The notes under the pieces: model-generated | The model's database searches: none | What the model was told of the DNA's origin: nothing | Seen by the model: the letters and a program-made list of their open reading frames with translations, nothing else | DNA from: Schmidtea nova | Taxonomy: Eukaryota | Assembly (NCBI GenBank): GCA_044892505.1 | Contig: CM097882.1 | Location: forward strand, 433,256,001-433,320,000 | Direction of reading: 5' to 3' | Length of the DNA: 64,000 nucleotides | Made by a program: the position numbers and the translations under genes | Shown: positions 47,901 through 60,900 of the stretch, piece after piece | Numbering within the stretch: position 1 is the first letter of the stretch | Layout: every line of letters begins with the position of its first letter

Positions 47901-49991
47901 AAACGTAGAAGAGATAAGAAGAGGCAGCAGAGAATTACAAACAATATGGGCACACAGAAAAAACTAAGGATAAGGGGCGATCTACTTTATATCCAGGAGG
48001 ATAACGAATACAGATTGATATTACCGAAATTAAAGAAGAAGAAATTAATAATACAATTTCACAGTTTTCTAGGACATCCCGAAATCGAAAAAACTTATCG
48101 AATAATAAAGAATAAATATTATTGGCCTAATATGGAGTCTGATATATAAGAAGTAATAGGAAAATATCAAGAATGCGCACATAACAAAAACAGAAACGGT
48201 AGAATAAGGGCACCATTTCGAAGCATAATTGGAGAAAAACCTTTTCAGATAATAGCAATTGACATAACAGGACCGTTCAAGACAACACAGAAAGGATTTA
48301 GGTATATACTGGGTAAAATACCAATGAGGAATATCGAGACAGAGAATATTGCAGAAGCGGTTTAATCGCAGTGGATTTCAAAGTTTGGAGCACCAGAAAA
48401 AATACACTCAGATTGTGGAAGTAATTTCCAATCAAGATTGTTTGCCGAATACTGTAAAATATTAGGAATTAGGAAGACATTTACCTCACCTTACTACCCA
48501 CAGAGTGATGGACTGGTAGAACTACTATTTGGAACTACAAAAAGTATGATTGCAACGGTGTTAGAAGAGAAGAGCAAAGACTGGAGTGTAGTATTACCGG
48601 TAATAGAGTTCGGATTAAGAACTACAATACAAAAATCAACGAATTATTCACCATATGAAATAGTATTTAGAAATCAAGCAAGATTACCCATATCAGCAAT
48701 AAAGGTTAATACGAGACATTTTCAAGACTATGACGATTACGTCCAACAGCTGCAACTAAATTTATCAGATATTCACAAGAAAGAAGGGAAAATATGGATA
48801 GACTAAGAGAGTGTATAAAGAATGATAAAGAATGATAAACAGAATGATAAAGAATGATAAAGAATGAAAACAGAAGGGGTTTCAAGAAGAAGTATATAGG
48901 AATTGATTATATGCATTAATTAATAATAATAATAGTAGAAATTCACAAGAAAGTAAGAAAAAATATGGATAGACAAAGAGAGTGTATCGTCGCAAGATAT
49001 AATCAGAATCGATGGCACAAAGAATTGATAGTAGGAGATAAGGCAATGATAAAGAATGAATACAGAAGGGGTTTCGAGAAGAAGTATATAGGGCCATTCA
49101 TAATAGAAGAAATAATGGATAAATGGACCTATGTATTATATAGTGACAAAGCTAAAAAAAGAATAAGAAGAAATTATAATAAAATAAAAGTAGTAAATGA
49201 CGAGGGAGATTCCTGTAGAGTAAAGCCAACCAACACTAGTATTTGGTCAAGGGAACCGAACACCAATTTAAAAACGATGAGAAGGTACCCATTACGGACG
49301 ACGAGAAATCAGAAACATAAGTACCGTTCGGTTGCCAAAGAGAGGGATGTGATATAATTAATGAATTGATTATATGCATTAATTATATTTTAAAATATAT
49401 GTTGTTTAAATATTAAGAGTTGAGAGAAGTATTTAATTGAATTTAATTTAATAAAGTTTTGGAATTATTATTGTCATCTTATTTAATTATTATTTATTTA
49501 ATAGTTGGAATCACATAAATGTATTATTATTATTATATTTTTAATCAGTTATAGATTTCAGATATAACCATAAAAATATAACAGTTTATAATTAAAAACA
49601 CAAGAAGAAGTGATAAGTCAATTGGAAAGAATTTCACATTGGAGTGATCAGAATCATTTTAAGATCGAAATATTTCACCGAAATAAACATTGCGGAGAAA
49701 TGTTAATNNNNNNNNNNNNNNNNNNNNNNNNNNNNNNNNNNNNNNNNNNNNNNNNNNNNNNNNNNNNNNNNNNNNNNNNNNNNNNNNNNNNNNNNNNNNN
49801 NNNNNNNNNNNNNNNNNNNNNNNNNNNNNNNNNNNNNNNNNNNNNNNNNNNNNNNNNNNNNNTTCACCTTTGATTTTTTTTATTATTAATATCAATAATT
49901 CCCAAAATGGTAAGACTTTAGATCAAAATTTCTTTAAATAAGGAAACTTTTCTTTAAATAAGTAATATTTAAGCACAGCCTTTATCAAGTG

Positions 49992-50028
<37 letters not shown>

Positions 50029-53000
50029 GAAAAACGCCAACTAAGTAAATTCAACATAAACGCGATATATTTCGATTGTATAACAATCTTCTTCATGCAG
50101 CAATCAGGATAATCGATAATAAATCGAAAATATGCAATAATCATTTTCAAACTATATCAAAAATTAATTTTTTTTAAAAATAAAATTTAATTTTTTTACA
50201 TAAAATTTAAAATATTAATTAATAAACATATATAAAAATTTTTCAAAGTTCAACATACAATTTAAAAATTTTTTTTAAAAATAAAAATATTCTCAACAAA
50301 CAAACATAATTATGCCAAATCCAAAAATTAATGCTCAAGTTGCCTGATTCACAGATATTTTGAATGTGTTTAAGTATTTAGATGTTATATGTTGCGAATT
50401 GTGTTTGTGGTATAATTATGTTATTATAAAAATTTAAATTGTATGTTGAATTTTGAATTTTGAAAAATTTTTATGTTTGTTTATTAATTAATTTTAAAAA
50501 ATTTTATGTAAAAAAATTAAATTTTGTTTTTAAAAAAATTAATTTTGATATAGTTTGAGGATGATTATTATTGATTAATTTGTTTAGATATTGCAGATTT
50601 TTTATTTTTTATTGATTATCCTAATTGCTGACTGAAGAAGTTTGTTATACAATCGAAATATATCGTGTTTATGTTGAATTTACTTAGTTAGCGTTGTTCT
50701 ATTATTAAATCATTGCCNNNNNNNNNNNNNNNNNNNNNNNNNNNNNNNNNNNNNNNNNNNNNNNNNNNNNNNNNNNNNNNNNNNNNNNNNNNNNNNNNNN
50801 NNNNNNNNNNNNNNNNNNNNNNNNNNNNNNNNNNNNNNNNNNNNNNNNNNNNNNNNNNNNNNNNNNNNNNNNNNNNNNNNNNNNNNNNNNNNNNNNNNNN
50901 NNNNNNNNNNNNNNNNNNNNNNNNNNNNNNNNNNNNNNNNNNNNNNNNNNNNNNNNNCTTCGATTTTTATGAAATATTTTTCCGTAGTTAGAAAAGACTC
51001 GTTCTCAGTTAGAGGATGTCAAACAGTCAAGTGACAATAAATATGATAATTTGTCCTCTGAAGTGAGGCGACGCGAAGAAATAATTGCCCAGCTGCGTTC
51101 TGAATTGACGCAAACCGCGCGCACAGTCACTCGGTCAACAGAAGTAATATTGCATTGAATAATTTTATCTAATTGAATAATTTTATGATACTGATTGTAT
51201 GAATATTGAAACCGAGATTCATTTTAGGTGGACAATGCAGTCAAAGAAAAGAATATTCATTTGGAGAAAACAGTGAAACAAAAAGAGCAACAAGTAAAAT
51301 TAATGTGTTTACATTTAAAATTTGTGAATTTATTAGCATTTCATTTTGCATAAGGATAGATATCCCCACAATGATGCCATGGCAATGAAACTTGCTTTTA
51401 CATGCTGTAGAAATTAGCGTATGACTGGGATAGTAATTTTTTGGTAAAACTGCCTATTATGACATTGCTATTTATTCCTAAATTGTTTTTTATCTGTCGA
51501 ATGTAGGCAAATAAGAATATATCTCATTCTTTATCTCTCCTTCCAAGACATGTTTTATACCAGAACTGCTATTTATAGGTCGTATTAAAAATGCGACAAA
51601 AAATATTAAAGATTAATTTAGCTCAACGCAATTATTTTCAGGTCTTAGCACGATATCTATCATGAGTTCTGGAAGTTTGAAATATCAATTCTACAAGACA
51701 TCGTATTATTTGCTTCAAGCCACGCAGAACCTCGCACCTTTATTTAATATAGGAGTTGGGAACCAGTGGCTCTTACCTCGAAAAAATGCCACTCTCTTAA
51801 ATAATCAAAAAATCGGAAAAAAAATATCTAAGCAAGTTATTTCGAAATTATTACGAATATCAGAGGACGAATTTATATATTTCGAAAATTTGCGCAATTT
51901 TAGGATGAAATTAAGTGCAGAAACTGATGAAACTGATCATAAAGTATTTATTGATACGACTACTACAATTGTACATCAATTTGCAGCCAGGTTTAAAGAT
52001 TTCAGAAAATACAATTGCGATGGGATGTTTAACGAACATACTAAAATGCAGTGGCGTCACTAGGGGGTGCATGGGTGGGGTGCGAACCGCACCGGGTGAC
52101 ACCATCACAAGGGGTGACACGAAAATGCAAAATATCACTGTCTATGATTCTATGTCACTCCATGAAATTATTCTTATGCATTATTTCAGCCAGCTGGCCC
52201 AGCGCCCAGCAACAGAAATGTATTATATTATTGAAATACAAAAATATCTCTGTGTCAATGCTCTTGACAATTGTCAAAAACATCGATTTTTTGACCGTCG
52301 ATAGGCTCCCCAGCACTCCACTTCAGCTTTTTCGCATAGTTAGTTAGTTCATGTCTAACATAACCTACAATAGTGTTTGTTTTTCCCGCTACATGTGCTT
52401 AAAAACGCTTTGTTTTTGTCGTTGTATTGGATGTTGGTGGTTTTGAAGTTGTCGTTAGGTGGGTTGACACCAACCCTAGTGACGCCACTGCTGAAATGTG
52501 TATAAATTTGGTGTTTAATTCAGACAAAGTCTAACTATATTCATAAAAATCTATTCAATTTTATGAATTGTTTTATAAATTCTCAAAGAAGGACTAAAAA
52601 GATTTTATTTTCATGATTCTAAATTTGTAATTTTTTTGCTGGTATTTTAGTTGTTTATTTAGTTCATTTGTTTGAATTGACAGTAAATGTTGGATTTTTT
52701 TAAAAATTTAAGTTGTAATCATTTTGCGAAATTGCAATTAGAAAATCGCATTGAAGGGTTTCCTACTTTTCCTAATGCTGTTGTTGAGTATTGCAATCGA
52801 ATTTGCGTAGAATCCTAAGAATCTATTCTTTACAATAATCCTGTTAATAGTACATTTCAAGATGTAAGTATGCTGGAAATTAAATGCCCAAAAGAAAAAA
52901 ACCTCGCGAAAATAAGGAAACATTGAAATTTGTAATTTACCAATTAAAATGCAATGTAAAACTGATTGACATAAGAGCTTTTCCGCAAATAAGTACCGCA

Positions 53001-54797
53001 GAACTACAATTAGAACTTATAGAAATCAAGAATACAAGTATCTGGGTTGATAAATTTGAAGATGAGTCAGAAATGAAGGATACGTCGCAAGATATTATAT
53101 TCAAATGCTGGGATTTACTGCCAAATATTTATCCAAATTCTAGAAACCTTGCTTTTGGCCTATTAACAAATTTTAAGTCTACATATAATTGCGAACAATT
53201 TTTTCATTGATGAATTTCATTCAAAACAAATACCGGAGTAGACTAGCAGATGAACGTTTGAAAGCCTTAGTGCAGTTAAAATATACGAAATATTAACCAA
53301 ATTTGGCACGGTTATCCAAGAAAGTTCAAAACCAGAAATTGCACTAGATTTACTTTTTATATACATAATATATTTTATGAATTTTATTGTTTTTATTTTG
53401 AATTAATAGAAATCAGTTGATTTTTTTATCATGGCTCCACAATATTGCATTTGAATTTTTTTATAGTTTTGGCTCTTAGATTTTAAAAGGTTCCCGACCG
53501 ATGATTCAATGCATTAGTAATCATAAAGGTCATCATCAATCCTGAAAATGCGCCTGACCATAAAGTAAACATAAGCAACAATACAAAAAAGTTATATGAC
53601 CAATTGTTTAAAAAATTACGATATAACCATATATAAACTGCCTGTCCCCTGTCACAAATATCTAAATTTAAGTAATCTTAGTTATTATTAATCTACTATT
53701 AAAATTTAGTTCTATCATTATAATAATTTTAATTTAAAGTTTTTTATTATTTTATTACTATTTTTATTGTTTTTTTATTATTTTTCATTTTTAGCACTGT
53801 CTGTCCTTTTACATGTACATCGCCACCCATATCTAATTTTATATAAATTCAAAAAAAATGCAACCGTCATTTAACGGGCTTAATATACAGTTAGTTAATT
53901 AATTAAAATCTAATTAAACAATGATAAAATATGCAAAACTTATAAAAATTACCATAGGTTTATCCGAAGAAAAAAATTAAATTTTAAAATTACAAAGCTA
54001 AAATAAAAACAAATTTTGTATAATATCAATTTTGACCAGGAGAAAACTTTTAAATTATATTCAGAGTTGAAATTTAAAAATTGAAGGTATTTTATTTTGG
54101 ATGCTTCTTGTAGTAAAAGAGATTTTTTAAAGATTTACAATAATATGTTGACAGTTATTTCTCCAACTTAAGAAACATGAGAAGTAGGGAGAAAATCTAG
54201 TTTTTACACAGGAAAAATGGATACATTTTTTCTAATCTAAAAATAAATTTTGAAATAAATTCACAAAAAATAATAAGAAAAACATTTTCTAAACCTCTAA
54301 ACCAGCGTTTCGCAACCCTTTTACGATTATCGCCCATTCCCAATTACTAAAAATTCAAATCGCCCAGGTTGGGAAACACTGGGGTAAAGTAGATGTGACT
54401 ACATCATGTAGTCTACATGTAAGGTGATGTGTGTGCGTCATATATTGTTATACTATAAAGATTNNNNNNNNNNNNNNNNNNNNNNNNNNNNNNNNNNNNN
54501 NNNNNNNNNNNNNNNNNNNNNNNNNNNNNNNNNNNNNNNNNNNNNNNNNNNNNNNNNNNNNNNNNNNNNNNNNNNNNNNNNNNNNNNNNNNNNNNNNNNN
54601 NNNNAACCTGGACGATATCAGCCACTAGTAGGCGATTTGAAATTTTAGGTGGGTGATGTTTTTGCGATGTTTTACCGATGTTTTTGAGATGTTTTTGCGA
54701 TGTTTTTGCGATGTTTTTGCATATGTCAACCTTTTGACACTGCCTTAAAATTTTATTATTTCCGTATCGTTCTAAATTCTAGAATCTAGATACAATC

Positions 54798-54889
<92 letters not shown>

Positions 54890-57529
54890 GATTGTATCTA
54901 GATTCTAGAATTTAGAACGATACGGAAATAATAAAATTTTAAGGCAGTGTCAAAAGGTTGACATATGCAAAAACATCGCAAAAACATCGCAAAAACATCG
55001 GTAAAACATCGCAAAAACATCGCAAAAACATCACCCACCTAAAATTTCAAATCGCCTACTAGTGGCTGATATCGTCCAGGTTGGGAAACACTGCTCAAAA
55101 CATTTATAATTAATACATTATTTGAAAAATAAAATATCTAAAAAATGAATGCAAAAAACTTTAAAAGCGAAAATAATACATAGTTAAAATATATTCACAG
55201 AAAGTGACAAAAATAGTGACAAATATTATAACTACAAGGTAATTCAGCTCCGTGTGGCCGTTTACAGTGCACATCATGCACACCCCTATCACTAGTCCTG
55301 CTCTTACAGCTTCTGTAAACCCAAAAAATGAAATATAAATAATTTTTAAATTAAAAAAATTAGTAGCATAAATACATATGCAAATATTAGATAGAGAAAA
55401 TAGGAAAATAATTATTAATATTTTGAAACAATAATTATTCCATTGAGACTTTCAGCAGTGTCCATAATCACATTCGATACTCTGGCTTTGTAGCTTTCAA
55501 TTTTAGCAAAACATTCCTAGAAAGATAATTTTTTCTTTTCTCCTTGTTCGGAAAGGATAATCTCTTCTCATTTCTGTCACAGGTCTGCATCAACTCTAGC
55601 TCAACATGTCTTATCATTAAAATGTTTTATCATTAAAAAGTTTTATCATTAAAAAAAAAGTTTTATCATTAAAAGTTTTATCATTAAAAAGTTTTATTCT
55701 TCATCTTTGACTTTTTTCAATTTAATTTATTTTCATTTTTTTCAGACAAAAAATTATTTTCCACCCTCCTATTCTACAAAAATAACTCTGATCTATTGTC
55801 TGAAAAAAATGAAATTTTAAAGTTTAGATTAATTTTCAGTCAATTGGAGTTAAATTATTTATTGCAACAATTTTAGCTTCAGAATTTACTAAAACATAAC
55901 AAAGAGCTGGAAGACCTAACAAAAAAGATGCAAGAAGAAATCTCACAGAAAGGAAACACAGCAACAACGGTTGAGAATCTCGAGCAAGAAATCGACTTCA
56001 TCAAGGAGCAACTAGACAATGCCAATCAAAGAAATGAGGCACTGACGGAAACAATGCTAAGTTCAAAAAGGTTCTATGAGGAATTCAAAGTGAATTCAGA
56101 CAATGTCGTTAGTGATTCTTGTCTATTGTTTGTCAATTTCCTGAAATGGACAATATTCAGATGAAAGGCCACATAAATACAATTGATAAGATAAAACAAG
56201 ATTACAGGGAGCTCGAGCTGAAACACAAAGATTGTCTTAGTACAATGAAGCAGCAAGGAGATAACACTCAACGCTTAGTCAAAGAAATTGCAGATCTTAC
56301 AGAAAAAGTAAATTCTTAATTTTTTATTTGACTTAACTTATGGTAAAGTGTATTTTAAAAATATTTTCCTTTCTAAATATAATAGTAGGACTTGTATTAA
56401 ACGCCGCTAACCCTTAGGGAGTCACAATAACTCGACGATACATAGAAATGTATTGGTTTCACAATTACAATCCATGAGACAGCAGAGAGTATGAAGAGTC
56501 ACTACCGCATTTTAAGCTTGAATTTTTGCTAAAAACTATTTAGTTTTAAAGAAAAATTACTAGAGTAATTATAAATCCAAAGAACTACAAAAAATGCAAA
56601 GAAAAGATGATAATAAAAAAGGATAACGAAGACACCATATCGTCAGATGAAGCCATTGTATGGATTATGGAGCAGTAAATACAAAGACAACCAAACCCAT
56701 TTATCTGATTCCAACATATTTTGAAAGTTTTCCCTAAATTATTCTCTGCCTAAAGGTTTGACGAGTGAATATTAACAAGTTACACTTAAACGGCCAGACA
56801 TATCCAAGATATGTATTAGCGTGAGATTTGGTCGGTTTGAATGCCCTTTGAACTCTCTGGGGTTCCAGCAACCTCCCAAAATATGATAAATGCTACTTTA
56901 TAGAAAGAAAATTGTATGTCATGACTGATTTTTTAAAACTATTTATTATTAAAAGTTAAAGATTCAGGATCAAAGTTATCACCTGCTAAATGTAATTTTA
57001 TGAAACGAGATATAAATGATATTATAATATCATAACGCAGACCCTTTTAATAACCCGCCATACGGGTATTCATAATAGAAATAAGTTCGACTGAAAATGT
57101 TAATTATGCATTAAATTACAAAAAAATCCTAAAAAACAATCATCTACTTTTTGGTGTAAACACAATCAATGTTTGCAATGGCATTCGATGGCATTTCTAA
57201 TCCAGACGGGAGTAGGTAGAAGTGTGAAGCCTGGAACAAAGACACTATGACTTATCGATGACTCAAACAAAGACATTATGACTCAACCCACGGGGTAGAA
57301 ATTTTTTCCTTATGACTCATCGATGAATTTATCGATGACTCATTTCGATGACTTCATTCCAAAGGTCAAATAAGGTCTCACCTTCAAACGAGGGTATCAT
57401 TCGAAAGGTCTTTGAGAGGTCTATACAAAGTTGATACCCTCGAATCTTTATGGAGGGTCCTGAACCTTCAAAGGGTCCAAAACCTTCAAATTTTAAATAT
57501 ATATATATATATATATATATTTCAAACCT

Positions 57530-57563
<34 letters not shown>

Positions 57564-57889
57564 TTCCAAAGGTAATTGAAGGTGAGTATGATGGTCATAC
57601 CTCCAAAGGTCTATAGTATGCTTTCAACCCTGAAATGGTCCCCAACCTTAAAAGTTTTTCAAACTTTACAAGTTATATATTATTCCAAAGGACTTTTGAT
57701 GGTGAGTTTAAAGGTCATACCCTTGAAGGGCCCAAGGTTCAAAAATTTAAAGCCTAACAATATACATGCCATTCGAAAGGTATTTGAGATATAAGTATCA
57801 TGGTCATACTTTCGAAGGTTAATGGTGAGTGCTGAACCTTCAAATCTTTAAAAACCTTCAAGAGGTCCAAAATCTTTAAAACTATATAG

Positions 57890-57965
<76 letters not shown>

Positions 57966-60900
57966 TCAAACTAAAAGTAATTCAAAGGTCAGTTCGAAGG
58001 TCATACCCTCAAAGGGTCCAAGGTTCAAATTTTTAAAACCTTATAATATATATAAACCAGCTGGGGTAACCCGGCGTTGCTCGGGCCAATATTTAAAAGT
58101 AAGCAAAGTATATAACTCAAACAAGGGTTGATGTCCATCTGGAACTTTGTTATACCGATTTTGGGCAATGCACAGTAAAATACTGCAAGATCTTTTAGTG
58201 TTAGACAATAATCCCACAAAATATAACCCTGTTGGTGAAAGCTATGAAATAACCGTAAGACATTAAGAAAGTAATAAGTTTTGCTTATTTTATATTTAAA
58301 ACAACAAATAAAGAATTCCTAAAAAACATTTACTCAAATCTTTCAAATCATCTCGCGCACTGAAAGAAGAAAACTTGAACATGTTACAAAAAGTTAAATC
58401 ATGTGTAATTTCTTCACATTTGATTATTATTGTTTTATTTTAAGTTTATTTCTTTCACTATTTAGAATGTGTACTTCAGCTTTTGTTTATAAACTTTACA
58501 TGAAAATGATTTTGGCTCCAGAGTTATATGGGCTCCAGATCCTTCCGAAAACGTGATCCGCCCCCCCCCTAAAACAGGGGTGCTCTATAAATTTTGTTTT
58601 ATAAAGTGTCCACCAAATCGCACAGTTGATGGTGCCATTTTGGGCCTCTCTGACCTCGGAGATCGGGTACGGGTCGAAAACCATCTAAGAACCTTCTCTC
58701 CCTCGATGACACGCCCCTTGCCAAAATTCATTGAGATCGATCCAGAGTTTTGGATTTCTATAGATATTTATTTGCCCTTTATATATTAGATAAATGTTTT
58801 CTTTAATTAAATTATGACGCGTATTCATCTGAAAAAAATCTCTGCTATAATGTACAATCTTAATAATATGTTAAAAGGTTAATTATTACTACTGTCATAA
58901 TTCTTCATTATTACATAGCAAATTATTATTGCACGTAGGCGGCAAATTATTTAAGCGCATCCCTGATTGTTAATAACATAATTTTGAATTAATAGAAGTA
59001 AAATCTTTTTAATTTGTTTAATGGTTGTTCAGCGTTTTGCCTTTTGTAATTTCATTTATCTTCATTTAGTTTTCTACTATAGATCAATGCTTTTTGTTAC
59101 TGTCTTGATGCTTGAGAGTATATCGAGTGGCGAATGAAACCACAATTGGCATCGCCATTAAAGCCAGTTATATGTAGTCGTTATAAATAGTCGTTGATAT
59201 GTCGTTTCAGTTATTCTTTCTTGGAAAAATGCTTGAAATCTTACTAGTTATAACCATAGAAAATGAACATTTAAATTTCATACAAAAGCAATAAGTTCAT
59301 CGTGGATAAAAGTTTATAATTGAAAAGTTGTAATCGAAGTTCATGTCGATTATCAAAAGGTTCGTCCAAAACTAAATGGACTTCGGAGTCGATGTTTTCC
59401 GATTAATTTTGCTGCAGATTCATAAGATATAAAAATCTTTCAATTGTAGAAAAAGACCCAATTGTTATCAAGATTAATTCAGGATATTGTTCATTCTATG
59501 GAAATTAGCTCCCGAATAAATTGGAACCGCAAGTAGGGCACAAGCAGCCCTTTGCATTATTGGTATATTGAATACATTGGTCAAATGTGAAATCCGGTTC
59601 CCCGTACAATAACGGATCCATGTCACCATAAGGTATACCATCTATTATCCCTAAACCCGTAGAATACCCAGTCTCACACGGCTCAACAAGTATACGGTTA
59701 GACAAAATATTTCTTCGGTAATTCAAACGGTTGATCAACTTCGATGACAATCGACTCGATACCGTCTTTTTACTTTTAACAAGACACTTATACATTTTTG
59801 TTAAAAATCTTACGTACCCAGACGAACAACTGGTATCGAAATTATCGCTGACAGAAGATGTTGATAGACCTAAATATTTCTTTCTTTTATTCTTGTTATG
59901 GGATCTATATTTTGCACGCTTTTTACTTTCTGATTTTTTTCGATAGTCAACTCTTTCCTCTTTTTCATATTTTCCACTGTCACTATCAGAAGTAAGATCA
60001 TCGGTTAATTTCTCATTTATTGAATTGTATTTAGGAACCGATTTTTCTAATTTTGGTTCTATTTGAAGGTTTTTAGAACTTTCTTGGTAATTCTTAGTAT
60101 TGTAATCCTTTTCATTTTGTTGAGTATTTAAATGCATATTACCTACATATTCTTCTTTAAGCGCATTTTCAGCTACTTCTTTTGGGGCATTGTCAACTAC
60201 TTCTTCCTTATGTACAGATGTGAGATCTTGTCGAGATACCATTTTGTCCCCAGGTAAATTCTGCCTGTCTTTATCATTTGAAGAATCAATTATTCCTCGA
60301 GGTACTTCATTTGTACTATCCGTTTTGGCCTCGGATAAATTTTGTTTCTTTTCATCAGTTGTTTCTTGACTTGCTTGATTTTTAGTGTCTTCAGAAATAA
60401 TTTCATTATCCTGCTCATTTGTTTCATTATCCTCACTGGGCGTAATTGGAGCTTCTGATTCGTTATCATCAAAAAGCTTTTCTAATGCTTCCTGCGCCTT
60501 TTCTTTGGCTTTATTTTTAGCCTTTTTGCTGGCATCTTTTTGACCTTTTTTAGATGTTTCTTTAGTAGCCTTTTTACCTTGTTTTTTACTTTGATCCTTG
60601 GCAGCCTTCTTTCCTTTTTCTTTAGCAGCCTTCTTTCCTTTTTCTTTAGCAGCCTTCTTTCCTTTTTCTTTAACTGCTTTCTTTCCTTTTTCTTTAACTG
60701 CTTTCTTACCTTTTTCCTTAGCTGCTTTTTTAATTTTATCTTTAGCAACCTTTTTACCCTGTTCTTTAATCTGTTTCCCAGCTTGTTTATTGGCTTGTTT
60801 ACTAACCTGTTTTGAAGTTTGCTTACTGGCTTGCTTACTAGTTTGCTTAGTGGCTTGTTTACTAGCTTGCTTAGTGGCTTGTTTACTAGCTTGCTTAGTT

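Larger units (their letters stand above)
44138..49583 (+). mobile_element. Full-length Ty3/gypsy LTR retrotransposon (5446 bp), coding region decayed
   Basis: LTRs at 44138-44371 and 49348-49583 (TG...CA; 5 substitutions and 2 indels). Perfect TSD GTTTA, PBS TGGCGTCACGAAC at 44372, PPT AAAGAGAGGGA at 49337-49347. Gene order gag-PR-RT-RH-INT. Confidence 0.96.

Noticed and set aside
30361-54648. ORFs made largely of X residues
   Set aside because: They are artefacts of reading through N-gaps.
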